This document shows, piece by piece, positions 31,379-44,735 of a stretch of 64,000 nucleotides of DNA. The stretch is from Basidiobolus meristosporus CBS 931.73. Taxonomy: Eukaryota; Fungi; Basidiobolomycota. Location of the stretch: positions 1 through 64,000 of the forward strand of contig MCFE01000055.1 of the NCBI GenBank assembly GCA_002104905.1, written 5' to 3'. Within the stretch, counting starts at the first letter, position 1. The number at the start of each line of letters is the position of its first letter. Made by a program: the position numbers and the translations under genes. The notes below the pieces were generated by a model. That model did no database searches and was not told the DNA's origin. It was given only the letters and a program-made list of their open reading frames with translations.

Positions 31379-31672
31379 GGTCGCTTGAAACGTACAGCCA
31401 AAGAGGAAGACCTTGCTGAAGAAATTTCGTGGGAGATAAACTAGATTTCCAATTTTGGTGACCTTTTTTAATCTGCCCTTTTTCCAAATTGTGCTCAATT
31501 AGCATTGTAAGTTTGTTAAGTTTATATATCAATACTGATTTACTTCGCACAAATGTCTTTTGGTTGCAGACACGAAATCTCATACAAAAAAACACTACTG
31601 CACGCAAGTTCGAGTGTATTTTGTAAGTAGTGATTACCGAGTTAATATTTCACTAGAAAGAGAACTCCAGTC

Positions 31673-33920
31673 ATGAAATTATTTATTCAAATACTCGGAA
31701 CGTCAGCAACAGATGTCACACCCTCTGTAATGGTCATTTCGATTCCCAACGATATCTATATAATTGCGGAGAAGGTACACAACGCTTATGCGTAGAAAAG
31801 AAAGCTCGCTTGATGAAGCTTCAAAACATTTTATTCACCAGAATTAATAGGGAAAGCACTGGCAGAATTCCAGGTAATTGCTGTAAGAATATCAGAGATA
31901 ACCATGTATCACTCTAACAATCAAAGCTATAGGCATGATGCTTACTTTAGCCGACGCTGGTACCGCCAAGCTTACTCTTCATGCTGGGCCCAATCTAACA
32001 CATTTCATTGCTGCGACTAGTCACTTCATACAAATATAGAGGGGATTGTTGTGTCTGATTGGAACTTTGGAGACTAAGCTGCCACAACACCAGGCCCTCG
32101 CTCAAGCTCGGTTTAAACGGAGCCGTTTAAAGATGAAAATTTGGCCATTACTGCGGTTTAGATTATACCTGACCATCAGCACGTACGCGGAACTCCCATT
32201 GATATCGCTAGTACAGATAAACCCAGAAAAAGAAAGTCGACCTGTGTAGCAGGGGTAGATAACGAAGCGGAAGAAGCTGAAAATATCAGACAAACCGTAC
32301 TCAAGAAGATGTTTGGTGATAAGAACGTTGACGTTTCTATATATCAAAGCCCTGGCAACAGCATTCATGCCCACTGTATCATTCATTTGGTGGGTGACGA
32401 TGTATTGGAAAATAAGCAGTATCAAGATTGGATGAAAAGATTCGGCTCCGGATGTCAGGTATTTTTTCTTCCAACGCGCTGCTTACACTTCATATTCATT
32501 GACTTCGAATAAGCATGTCGTTTCATATCCCAAAGTCTGCGCTCAAACCATCACATTAACAGGTAGTGCCAAAGCACAAATGAAGCTCTCTCACATTGAC
32601 AACGAGATATTCCCCATTCCGTATTTCTCCAACATTCCTGAAGTCCTTATCGAACCTTACCAACTTGCCAAAGTGCGTTGTTGAAGCTTCGAGTTTACTC
32701 ATGTACCATACGGAGCCCACACGAAAATTGGATTCTACCGGAGTCTTACCGCTACTCAATCTAACGCACAAGAACGCGAATCATTCTTATACAGGCGGCA
32801 GGATAACGTCAATGCAGTCAAGAAATTGAACCTGGGCATGTCCCAGTCTTCCAAGGAAGATGTAGTGATAGCCACCTTAGGAACAGGATCTTCGATTCCT
32901 TCGAAGTATCGAAACGTCACTTCTACCGCAATCATCATTCCTCAAGTCGACTCAATCCTGTTGGATGCAGGCGAAGGAGCCTATGGGCAACTCTACCGCC
33001 ACCTTGAAGCGACCAAATCACATAATCAAATGGTGCATCAAAGTGTATATGACTTTCTCAGGTCGCTAAGGTTTATATTCGTGTCCCGTTTGCATGCCGA
33101 CCACCATTTTGGTGTTATCCGTACTCTTGATAAATGGAATGAGCTGCAACCCAGTAACCATAAGCAGCCGTTGTACATAGTTGCACCACTTAAATTTCAG
33201 ACTTGGTTAAATGAGTATAGCGATGTACAAGGAACTGGCTTAAGTAATATTCGCTTCATCAATGCTGAGGAGCTCATCTATCACAAAAAGCGAAATCACG
33301 CTACACACCACTTGAAGGATCTAAAACAGGCTTTATACCTAAATGAGGTCAAGACTACTGATGTTATCCACTGTCCTTGGGCCTACGGAATAAGCCTGGA
33401 ACACGCTGAGGGTTGGGAACTAGTGTAAGTGTGCATCTTCTGTTTTCAGGACTTTGCTGATAATCGATGGCTACTCTTCTTTAGTTACTCCGGAGATACA
33501 CGCCCATGCGACAAGTTGGTCCATTTAGGCCAGGTGCTACCTTATTCATGAGACAACTTTTGAGCATGAGGAAAACCAAGAAGCCATTGAAAAACGTCAC
33601 AGCACCGTAACTGAGGCCATTGACGTCAGTACTAGGTACTCATATTTAACTCTGTTGAAGTCCAACAATAATTCTAACTAGTAATAACCATCAAATTGCA
33701 TTTCAGAATGAACTCCAGCTTTCTGCTCTTGACTTATTTTAGCCACCGCTATCTTCAAGTACCTGTGTTTTCCGACGCTCATGCCAAAGTTGGTATCAGC
33801 ATTGACTTGATGAACATAAGAATTTCCGAGCTGTCCAAGTTGTTAAGATTTATTCAGCCATTGAAAATACTGTATCTAAACTCGAGTGAGATAGATAGTG
33901 ATGAAGAGCATTCGCTGTAA
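31673..33920 (+). pseudogene. TRZ1: tRNase Z (long form, Trz1/ELAC2) pseudogene
   Basis: Motifs HFDSQRYLYNCGEGTQR, LGTGSSIPSKYRNV, LLDAGEG and SGDTRPC are recognisable. Defects: frameshift at ~31734, TAG at 32159, further frameshifts near 32670-32825 and ~33530, a large internal deletion, HxHxDH changed to SRLHADH, and LTHFSQRY changed to LTYFSHRY. Confidence 0.88.
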
Positions 33921-34258
33921 TTTGTCGCCTACATTGATGCCATCCTAATATAGATCCTTTCTTGGATTATTCGTCATTACTGACTGCAGTTTATTCCAAG
34001 TTGTATGAAGTGTTTGGACTGCTCATTTGATTCCAAAGAATGGCATTGGCATTGAAACTCGTATAAACATTCGGCATTTAACCTCGAATCATCAATACTG
34101 GTATAGCACGTGGTAATCATGTTGATCAGATAAATCAATAATCTTGTATTAAACGATGTCCAGATGCTAACGTGACTTCAATAAGTGCATGGAATTCGCA
34201 CTCTTGCAACTACCTGACGAATACAGTTGAAAAGCGAAAACAAAAGTGTCAAATCAGT

Positions 34259-35740
34259 ATGTTGGCCGGTGTCTGGGGTAAAAACATGTCTGTATACGGA
34301 TCCGTTAGCCGCACTTGATTCATTGTTGAAGCAACCTCCTATCCAGGACTTAAATTGTTACCCAATAAATGCTACACTCAAACAATCGAGACTACTTTCA
34401 GGCTTACAATGGTATTCTGCTTGCAGCTTTGCTCCACTTCCTATGCTCATTCTTTATTCCACTTCAGGCTGCTCTAGGCGAATGTCTCTCGTCACAAGCA
34501 CGGACGTGTCTCAAAGTGACCGTGGACGAAAAGAAGTTAATTTTGTGTTCTTTAAGGCCTGGCCAGGTATTCAACACCCTTACATAATTACGCCGCTTCA
34601 GAAATACTCACTGACATCGCCTATTGTCTAGCTAGAACAACAGCTATTAGATCTGGTCTTTACAGAGGGAGAAAACGTGAGTTTTTCTGTTACCGGCAAC
34701 AGGTTGGTTATAAAGGGGGGGGCTCTTACTTTCTATTTTCTCGAGCTGATATACCTTTTAGTTCTGTCTATTTAAGCGGGAATTACGTACTTAGCGAAGG
34801 TTCGGATATCATTCATGAACTCGTCTCAAAACCGGATGCAGTCGATGTGTTGCAGTAGGCCTCTTCACAATATTCAACCCAGCCAAATGATACTAACTTT
34901 TGGCCTTTTAGCTTGAGCCCTTATGGTATTCTATTTGACAGCTTGGACTGCTAATGTACAACAAAAATGCTAAAATGTATTTCGCTATCAGAAAGCCTGG
35001 ATGGGTCACTCACTTTTTCTAAGGCTATCAAAGAAACTTCATACCATCTAGGTACTGAAGTTAAGGATCCAATCTCTCATGATAGGCCAGAAGTTGAAAT
35101 AAGCGATGATGAGAGTGAAAGCCAAGACGAGCTCATATTAGACAGAGTAGATAGTGGTCAAGTTGATGCAACTCGTGAGAATACACAGGATGAATCGGTA
35201 AAATATCAAAAAGTAGATTCTGAGTGAATCGGTACTAGATTTTTTTGACAGGTCAAAAGGAAAATCAGCACGGATGACGACTTCAGCATGGCCCAAGACC
35301 AGGAGGTGTTGGAGAAGACAGCACCATCATGGGAAATTGCAAAGAAGGCCAAGTGCGTCAAACAAATAGAACAAAAATTACAACGCCCAAATAATACACA
35401 TACTGGTATTTTGCCTGGAGGCCTGATGGTTGAGGACATACGGATCGGACATGGCCGCGCAATTGAAAAAGGCTCAGAGATATGGTTGAACTACTCGGCA
35501 TCTCTATCAAATGGCAAAGCTGTGGACAAAAGCCCAAATGGAAAGCCCTTCAAATGCCGTCTCGATACTGGGGTGGTGATCGAAGGGTTGGAAAAGGGTT
35601 TGATAGGCATGAAGGTCGGAGGCAAACGGAAATTAACCATCCCTTCTGCTCTTGCATATGGTAGGCGTGGTAATCCTCCACACATCCCACCAAATGTGGA
35701 CCTAATATACATCGTCAACCCTACAAAAATTAGAAACTAG
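34259..35740 (+). CDS. Nuclear FKBP (Fpr3/Fpr4/FKBP39-like): nucleoplasmin-like N-domain plus C-terminal FKBP domain; diverged; about 6 introns
   Basis: MLAGVW|GLKLLPNKCYTQTIETTFRLTM|AALGE...LCSLRPGQ|LEQQLLDLVFTEGENVSFSVTGNS|SVYLSGNY; GMKVGGKRKLTIPSALAYG. Confidence 0.8.
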
Positions 35741-35973
35741 CCAATCAGCCTCATCTATAATAAACACCAATTTAGACAGTTGTTGAATATGTTGTTTCCT
35801 GCCAACAGTATCAGTGTCAGTGATTATGCATTATCCATTTTGAAAGTGGATGCTTTTTTTTTTATTATCCCCTTCCCTCTACAAAACAATTCTCTCCCCT
35901 GCTTAGTAAATTATTAATAGCATGGTTTGCCAGAGACCGCCGTGAACCGACACTTCTCTTTACTCCCAAAGTC

Positions 35974-37100
35974 ATGGATCAGATCAGCCCTGAATTGATT
36001 GCTAAACTCCAAGGTAGTCTTGGCTCGCTTGTCGGCCAACAATCTGGATACATTAAATCTCTCCCTGAGCCAGTTAAGCGCCGCATCTTCGCCTTGAAGC
36101 AACTTCAAGTAAGTGTTCTCCCTCTTTTAACAGGCCATCCGTCGCAGGTCATAACACACATCTCTAGGCCGAACACTCTGAATTAGAAGCCCAATTCCAC
36201 AAGGACATCCTCGAGTTGGAAAAGAAATATCTCGGCCTTTATACCCCTCTCTATCAAAAGAGAAACGATATTGTTGTCGGCAAAACCGAACCTTCGGAGG
36301 AGCAGGTCGAGGCTGGCAAGAAGATCGACGAGGAATTCACTGAGGAAATCAAGGAATCATCAGACGAAGCCGAAATCATCGATGAAAGCCAAAGCACCGC
36401 TGGAATCCCCGAATTCTGGCTGTCTGCCATGAAGAACCATGCTCAAATTGCCGATATGATCACTGAGCAAGACGAGGAAGCTCTCAAGAGCCTTACCAAC
36501 ATCCGTTTGGCCTATCTTGAAGAGAACCCTGGATTCAAATTGGAGTTCGATTTCTCAGAGAATGAATTTTTCACAAACACTGTCTTGACCAAGACTTACT
36601 ATTATCAACAATCCGCCACCAGTGGTGATCTTGTCTTCGATCACGCTGAGGGGACAGTTATCGAATGGAAGGAGGGCAAGGATCTCTCTGTCACCATCGA
36701 AACCAAGAAGCAAAGACACAAGAGCACCAACAAGACCAGAGTGGTCAAGAGAACTGTCCCAGCAGAGACTTTCTTCAACTTCTTCACTCCTATTGAAGTG
36801 CCCGATGCTGAGGAGCTTGACGAAAGTGAGGAGAACGATATCGGTGAGCAATTGGAAGCTGATTATGAACTTGGCGAAGAGTTCAAGGAGAAGCTCATCC
36901 CCCATGCCATTGACTGGTTCACCGGTAAGGCTCTTGAGTATGAAGGATTTGGATTGGATGACTATGATGATGAAGATGACTACTATGAAGAGAACAGCGA
37001 CGAACAAGATGATGACGATGATGACGATGACGATGATGACGAGGAAGAATATTCCTCAGCTCCTGCTAACCAACAAGCTCCTGAATGTAAACAGCAATAA
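35974..37100 (+). CDS. NAP1: Nucleosome assembly protein 1, one intron
   Basis: LPEPVKRRIFALKQLQ|AEHSELE; GIPEFWLSAMKNH; FSENEFFTNTVLTKTY; ETFFNFF; ECKQQ C-terminus. Confidence 0.96.
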
Positions 37101-38192
37101 TCTCGATAATACTTAAGGATGTTTGTATATTAGCGGACTGGTCGAGGCAAGCACTAGAATAAAATGTTCGATAGCTTTCATTAAATTCAGCGACAACATA
37201 TGGGTGGGTGAGATGCATCAAAACGCGCTATTCTGATGGCTGTCAATGGCGAATCCAGGAATATCTGGTATGAAAACTGGTAAATCGCACCAAGTTGATT
37301 GAAATAGGTGTGGTTGAAAAATGAGGAGTATTGGTTGTTGTGCCTGTGAAATATCTCAGTGATTGACTACATTCGGTACATAGTTTATCGTAGGCGAAAT
37401 TGAAAGGGTTCGTGTTGTAGGTATTCAAACAAACAATTGCCACCGAAGGAATCCTGAGCACGACTCATTTCTTGGAATGGCACGTAATTTTCCAGCAGGA
37501 ACAGTGTTGTTACCAATCATGGCTTATTCATACCATTTCTACATTTTGTATCGACGTAGGAGATCAGACTTGAAATTTAGCTCTTGGTGCAAATCGGTCC
37601 ATTACAGTAACCAAGTAAAACCGATCAGGCAGTCAGGGTTCAGCTCTCTTGCTAGCGATGGAGGCTGGCCAAAGTTCTAGCTGAGGCACGCTTTTGATTA
37701 GAGCAGGAGCCGGTGCAGTTTTAGAAAATTTCCCGAATGTGACAAAGATTCCTAAGACTAGTGCAGTCAGCATGCTCGCTATACTGTTGAATGTTTTGAT
37801 AGGAAGAGCAAGGGCCTGGAAATTCGTTGAGAAATGGCCTTTCACTTGTCGCATCCAAATCTTCGCCCATGTTGTATTTGTGGTGGAATTGCTGAGGAGC
37901 TAAGCCCAAATACAATATAGTTTACCGGCACCAACGCGTTGGCGCTAGCAATATTGTGCGTGTGTGTTATCTGAATCATAGCTATGTTCGGAAGGTAATG
38001 AAGATTGTTGTCTAAGCCAGAAGTGGTCATAATGCATTTAACCGCTGGTTGCACAACAAAACTTTGGGCAGATTATTATGCTGGCATTGGAGCCTCGGTT
38101 TATATACAATAGAAATGTACGGTATTGGATATGGGTAGATACTTAAATAGATAGCTTTCAATGCTGATACGAGTATGCTCAAGTTGATTGTA

Positions 38193-40749
38193 TTAACCCT
38201 TTTTTCTTAACCTTTTGGCATCTTGAAAACACCCTTTGTCCGCAAGTCCTAGCTCCTCAGCCTTCTTGGAGAGTTTTTCAACCTCGCTAGATTTGAGTTT
38301 GATTTTTTTGGATGCGTCTAAAATAGCGCTTGGTTGCAGTATTTCATGTGGGATATGCAACAAAAAAGAAAGGATCTCAGTATTGGATGGGCAGTGATTC
38401 AAGAGGTGATCTGAAGTAGAAGGACCTTAGCAAATAATATCGGTGGGATAAAGATCTACTCTCTACAAACCTGTACAACAATCTAGAATAGCGAGGCCTG
38501 TACGAAAGAGTACTTTCACGCCTAAAGCAGATAAGAGAATGAATTGGAACATAATATTACAATTTTTGACGCCATGAACTACCTCTCAGGAATAGTAAAT
38601 CCCAGACATGAAGCACGGTAGACCACGGCAGTGTCATGGTATATACTGTAAGAAACCACTGGGTCATATACATTAATGGAACAACGTCATTCGAAACCTT
38701 TCATGTCGCTTTAGAGGGATTGGATAGTTGAAGGGTATCAATTAACAAATACCAGTTTTCGGTGTAATTTGGGATTATGTATTAGAAGAAGTCGATCGAA
38801 AACGGCCGCATGGATTCGCAGTTTAGACAAGGTGGGGGTATAATAACCGGATAGGTATTTATCTATGGTAGCTACAAGCAGCCAGAATGTGTCCTATAAG
38901 GCAGTTAATCACGAGTAGAAATTATATCAAGCAACTACAGAGCCCGCGTTACCTCTGGAGAGATATTTTGCATTAGCATCATTCCCACTAATCGCCCCAT
39001 TCCTTGGCAATAGCCAACTTCCGGATTATAGTGAGCATAAGCCTTTAGCACTTCATATAAATTTGTTTGTCTGTATCGAAAAACGTAATTTTAACACTGT
39101 CCCAAGAAAATGTTGCTATTGACCCTACCCATTGCCGTTGGCTTCGTAAAACATGATATGATCTGGATAGCATCTTTGGATATCCTTCTCTATAACATCG
39201 TATATTTCTAGTCTTTCTTTTAAAAGAAGTTCCTAAAGGATCCTGAAGGTGAGTTGCGTGATAATAAGGATAGCTTCCATTAATATATTACTCGAAACAA
39301 CCCTGGCTGACGATACGCATGACTATCCGCCAAATACTGCCATACTTGACCACGCAAGGAGTCGGGGATACCATATCCAACCAATCGCTTAACCTTGAAT
39401 ATCTTCGTTATACACCTACCTGGCTACTAGTTCAGGATATTGCACTTACTCGCGTTGAGTGCTTAACATAGTCAACATTATAACCGGAGAGTATTTCAAT
39501 CCATTTGGCTTCTCTATCTTTGTGAAGTCCTAATACTCTCCCTAAACGAGAATGCGACGGTCTAAGAATGCTTTAGAACCCTATGACAAATATAATTAGA
39601 ATCAAGTATACTATACCCGGTATCCTGCAAACTAACAAAACTTTCCGAGTCTGATGCATCACACAAAAACCCATAGTTATCCACTGTTAACTGCTGATTA
39701 ACAGATCCCACATTAAAGCGATTTGTATCATCAGAATCTCGACTTCTTTCTTCTGAATCATCTTCCGGTATAGAACTTCCGGATATTGTACGGGGAAATG
39801 AGCTTGCGCTGTCGCTTCTGATACTGGAAACGTCATTTTCATTGGTTGTAGGGTTGGCAATTCTTTCATTATAGAATTTTTCGGAAGAATGTTGCCATTC
39901 AATCATGTCCACATCGTCTGATGGTGTAAGAATAATTTTAACGCCATCATTCATTGCTCCACTATGTGACGATGCGTCCCAAGTTTCGATTGAAGGAGCA
40001 GTGGAATTTATCACATGTTTCAAGGCTTTGGTGGAATCTGACTCATTTGAAAAAGACTTTTGCCTGCAACATTGAAGTTAGTCAACGATGTTGTGCTTGA
40101 CTCATATGTATACATGTCATATTTACTCTGGAACTTCGTCAGAATTTTCATTGTAAATGCTATCTACCGTTTCAGAGCTCTCTGAAAGTGACAATTCACG
40201 CAAATCGATTGCATGCTTTTCAGTATCCAAAAGAATTCTGCTGGTTCGGCCTTTCGACATCTCATTTCTGTCTCTACTTTTGACGTCATCATATAACGTA
40301 TCTCTTTTTCGAGCCGGTGTTCCAACGACATTCAAGTAAATTATATGCACAGAATCAATAGAGAAATGGCCAATTTTGTCGTCGCAGTACCCCTATATAT
40401 GGCTTCAGTCAATACAATACAGTATATGCAAACTATGAATTATTGAAAATACTTGGTAGATGTCTTCTCTAATGGGCCTAAGAATTATAATGATATCGCC
40501 TTTGAAAGCAATTAATTAGTAATTCAACCTATCAAAAATACCAAACAAGTTAAATGCCTATAGAAAATGGCAGAACGTTTTTTTCTGATTTTGAAGAGTC
40601 TTCTTCTGCTACGCAAGTCCCAATTCCGCCTACAAAAAATGTATAACAAAAAGAGCTGTCAGCGCTACGGCATTACAGGAAAAGCTGTTACACGAACTTA
40701 AAACAAGTGAACCACCTTCCATGGCAAACCTCCTCAGTTTCTCAGCCAT
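38193..40749 (-). CDS. Rab GTPase-activating protein: degenerate N-terminal SH3-like domain plus C-terminal TBC domain; more than 10 exons
   Basis: LPFSIG|DIIIILRPIREDIYQ|GYCDDKIGHF (SH3-like); VKRLVGYGIPDSLRGQVWQYL; IEKDIQRCYPDH; AYAHYNPEVGYCQGM; YMTQWFLTVY; WDLLFLR|GVKVLFR. All internal junctions I checked splice in frame. Confidence 0.85.
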
Positions 40750-41302
40750 ACTTCAACTTTACTTGTCGGGTGCTACAGTGTTAAAGTAATAATTCTTGAC
40801 TTGTTGCGGACCCGGTATCCTCTGAAATTGAATATGCAAATGATTGTGGGTATATGAAGCGGTATTTTACAGAATGTTGAATCATGCTTCTATTTTCCTC
40901 TGAATATGAAATTACCATACATCTCCTGTATTGCACACACCGGCAAATCGACCATCCAATACAGCTCTAAGCCCAAAATACCATATCCACGTATTCATAA
41001 TGTCAATCATATATCTACCCCCAACCTAATCAATTTGTGACAATTAAATATCCACCTTGTTACTCTCTTTGTATAAAAGTATTGATTTCAGTCAGTAGTA
41101 CAAGCACCACTTCAAATACAGTAAGTGATTGTATATTCTGGTTGCGAATATTTCGGAATAGAGATGATTTGGTAAAATGGCCAACCATAAATTTTGAGGT
41201 TCATTTTTTTCTTTTTTTTTCATCCAGTATTGTGACCGTAGCTATGCAAAGAGCTAGGGAGTTTGTGAACTTGGCTACTTTTCGCTTTATCAGGTGTAAG
41301 AT

Positions 41303-42754
41303 ATGGTAAATTACTTTTTTGTATCGATGAGCCTATGTCCAGAAAGCTGAAACATTTGTACTGAATTCCTCTAGAAAATTAAAGCTTTATCAAGATCTGC
41401 TGGAGAGTATACTCGTGAGAGATCCAATGACATTCATAAATTGCAAAGGAATTTAGATCCTTCTTTGCATCCATTTGAAAAGGCCAGAGAGTACACCCGT
41501 GCACTCAACGCAACCAAACTTGAGAGAATGTTTGCCAAGCCTTTCATCGCTTCTTTGACCGGTCACGCCGACGGAGTATACTGCATGGCCAAACATCCTA
41601 AAGATTTGCAAAACTTGATTTCCGGCAGTGGTGATGGTGGTATGTACTTTCTCGTTTGAAATTATCTTTTTCAACCGTTTATAACCTCTATGCTCTCAGA
41701 GGTTAGAGTGTGGAGACTTTCTGAACAACAGACTTTGTGGCGTGCCCCTGCTGCACATAAGGGTATTGTCCGTGGTGTTTGTGCTTTTCCTCAGCTCGAT
41801 AATTTCATTTCCGTTGGTGTGGATAAGACAGTAAAAATTTGGAGCCTCGATTCTGATGAACCTGTAAATACTTTCTTTGGCAAAAGTATTTTCAATGCTG
41901 TCGATCATCACCGCGAAGAGCCCTGGTTCGCTACATGTGGTAATGATGTGGAAATTTGGGATGTCAACCGCTCTGAGCCCACGCACACCTTTAGCTGGGG
42001 CGCAGATACTATCAATGCTGTCAAATTCAATCAAACCGAAACAAACATTCTTGCCAGTTGTGGTACTGATCGTACTATAACTCTCTATGACCTACGCTCT
42101 TCCACACCATTGGCAAAACTTGTTATGCAACTCAAAACCAATGCTCTCGCATGGAATCCTATGGAAGCCTTCAACTTCACCGCCGCAAATGAAGACCATA
42201 ACTGCTACACTTTTGATATGCGTAATATGGGCCGCGCTATCAATGTCTTGAAGGACCATGTCTCGGCTGTCCTTGATGTCGATTATTCACCAACTGGCGA
42301 GGAAATTGTCACAGGATCCTACGATCGTTCTATTCGTATTTTCCGCGCCAGAGAAGGGCACAGTCGTGATGTATATCATACCAAACGTATGCAGAGAATT
42401 TTCAGTGTCAAATATTCTATGGACAACAAATATGTTATATCTGGATCTGACGACGCAAATATCCGTCTGTGGAGAGCCAATGCTTCTGAAAGAATGGGAA
42501 CCAAGGATACTAGGGAGCGTACACATCTTGAATACAATGAAAAACTCAAGAACAGATATAAGCACTTGCCAGAGATCAGACGTGTTGATAAACATCGTCA
42601 TGTTCCTAAGGCTATTGCCAAAGCACAGAAGACCAAGAAGGTTATGGTTCAAAGCAGAAAGGTTAAAGAGGAGAACTTGCGGAAACATTCCAAGCCTGGC
42701 GCTGTACCCCGTGTGGCTGAACGTAAGAAGAATATTGTTGGAGTCGCCAAGTAA
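41303..42754 (+). CDS. SOF1: SSU processome WD40 protein Sof1/DCAF13
   Basis: M|KIKALSRS; RNLDPSLHPFEKAREYTRALNATKLERMFAKPF; RDVYHTKRMQR. Confidence 0.97.
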
Positions 42755-43087
42755 AGTCTGTTGTTCTATAAATGCCCCACATCCCTTTCCGTCATATATT
42801 AGAGACTTGAATAAAATTGTATTTAATAAAATAATGACACCTTGCTGGTTTTCAAATACTTGGATATCTATTTATTCTCAAAGGAATCTTTAATACGAAA
42901 TTTCATCATTTAGATGATCTACAGTTGTGCTAGGATTTGGCATCTCAACGATAATTCCACCAAAAGCCAATCACGAAAATTGCTCGTCGCCATGCTGCAT
43001 GGAAATATTATGGCATTGAATTTGGTCAGCCATGAGAGCAGGTGATACTATCACAAATAAAATTTAGCGCAACGCCTGTGATGTTAT

Positions 43088-44385
43088 CTACTCATCCTCC
43101 AAGGCTTCCCGCAGTCGGATCTCCTTCGCTAGGCGTTCCTTTTCCGCCTGTCGCATCCTCATTAGCGTGATGGCTTCATAATCATTATTGCCCATGTTGA
43201 TATCCTAAATTGAAGAATAAGTAACTAGTCGTGCCACTGACGAAAACTGTCATAAACTTACAAATGAAAAACTCGGTGTGGTAGTTGCTGGTTTAGGTGG
43301 CTCGTCAGAAGCACTCTCTGTTGCCTGCGAAAAAATCGCTGCTTTTCCTTGAGGCTTCGCTAGTTTGATTTCATCCAATTTCTTCACAATTTCAGGCTCA
43401 GTGTCATAGAGCCATGAAATCTTAAATGGCTCTAGTACCGGATCTGTCTTCTGGCTAGTCACTGCCGCGTGCTTGATTGTAGCGTGTTATTTTGGTAATC
43501 TTTTAAGAAAATAAAACGCCGATACTTACGGCTGAGACGATCGATTTGAAAACTATCAAGGCGCTTCCTTGCTTTGTGGAAATAACATTACTGACATCAC
43601 CAAATTTCGAGAATAATCTCTGTAGGGAGTCACTATCATGCTGCACCACCTTCTTCTTCCACTTAACCTTAAGGGTGCAATCGTCTACAGATACATTAGC
43701 AGAGAGGATATCTAAAGTAAATCATAAGATGACCATTAGTACATGAAAAATAATATTTACTGATCTTTATGAGTACCTTGTTGAGGTTGAGAAGCCTGTT
43801 GCACCTCTGCCTCCATTTTTTTTAATAGCTCTTTTTCCTCTCGTTCCCGACGCCTCCTGTAGTCTTCTGTACGCAGATTTTCCAACTCAGTTTGTTGCCT
43901 TATTTTTTCCTCCTGCTCTTCTTGTTTTTGCTTCTTGCTCTCGTTCTCAAGTTCTTCCAGTTCTTATTTGGATGTAATGAGTAGGACGTCAAATGGAGAT
44001 TTACGAAGGCAACGCCAAAAATACCTTCTTTGAATTTTCTTCGACGAGCGTTTAGAGCCTGGTGTTTTTTCCTATTGGCAATCTTGGCCTTTAATTTGGT
44101 GTCGTATTCAAGTTTCTTCTGCGCATCGGTCAACAGATCGAGGGCGACGCTGAGTTCGTGAAACTTGTGTGCTGCATTTTCCAGGATATAACGAGTAAGA
44201 ATTTAATCCGAGTGCGATTCCTTGAATTGTTATAGGTTGTTACCTGCGTCTGGATTGTCAGGGTTTTTGTCAGGATGGACTTTGAGTGCTTTTTTTCGGT
44301 AAGCCTTCTTAATTTCTTCGCCTGTACTATTGTAATTCACCCCCAAAAGCTCATAATAATCGACTTCGGTGGAGATCGTGGACAT
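43088..44385 (-). CDS. CWC23: Spliceosome-associated J-domain protein Cwc23/DNAJC17 (J domain + RRM-like), 4 introns
   Basis: DYYELLGV...[20 protein letters not shown]; [10 protein letters not shown]; LFSKFGDV; [18 protein letters not shown] at the C-terminus. Confidence 0.88.
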
Positions 44386-44735
44386 GACTAAACAAACTAC
44401 ACTCAAGTGTCAGTTAACCTTGTGGCACTTCCATCATTTATAGTAGTTGCCCTTCATATCTAGTAGTTTTTTTAATAACGAATATTTGATAGAGCAATAT
44501 ACACGGTTGACCTGATTAAATCGGTTTTAAGAATTGTAGGATAGATGGAATAGTGTAGTATTTCAGTAACCATGATTCGTCCATAATAATCAGAATCATC
44601 GATTGTGTCGATGGGCCAACAAAATTGACAAAAAGCAGAAAAATGACATGATATCAGTCCTTCTCTCAATCTTTCAGGTGAACCCTGCTTCTTGGAACCT
44701 CCATTCACGAGTTTTATAGCAACAAATAATATAGA

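Noticed and set aside
36555-37116. ORFs 36555..37007 (-) and 36622..37116 (+)
   Set aside because: Antisense and alternate-frame shadows of NAP1.
37240-38050. Several 60-75 aa ORFs between NAP1 and the TBC gene, including a CCICGG motif
   Set aside because: No assignable family, and frames are interrupted by stops.
34259-40749. The FKBP and TBC genes initially looked like pseudogenes because of fragmented ORFs
   Set aside because: Both can be spliced into continuous frames using short introns, a microexon and one GC donor.
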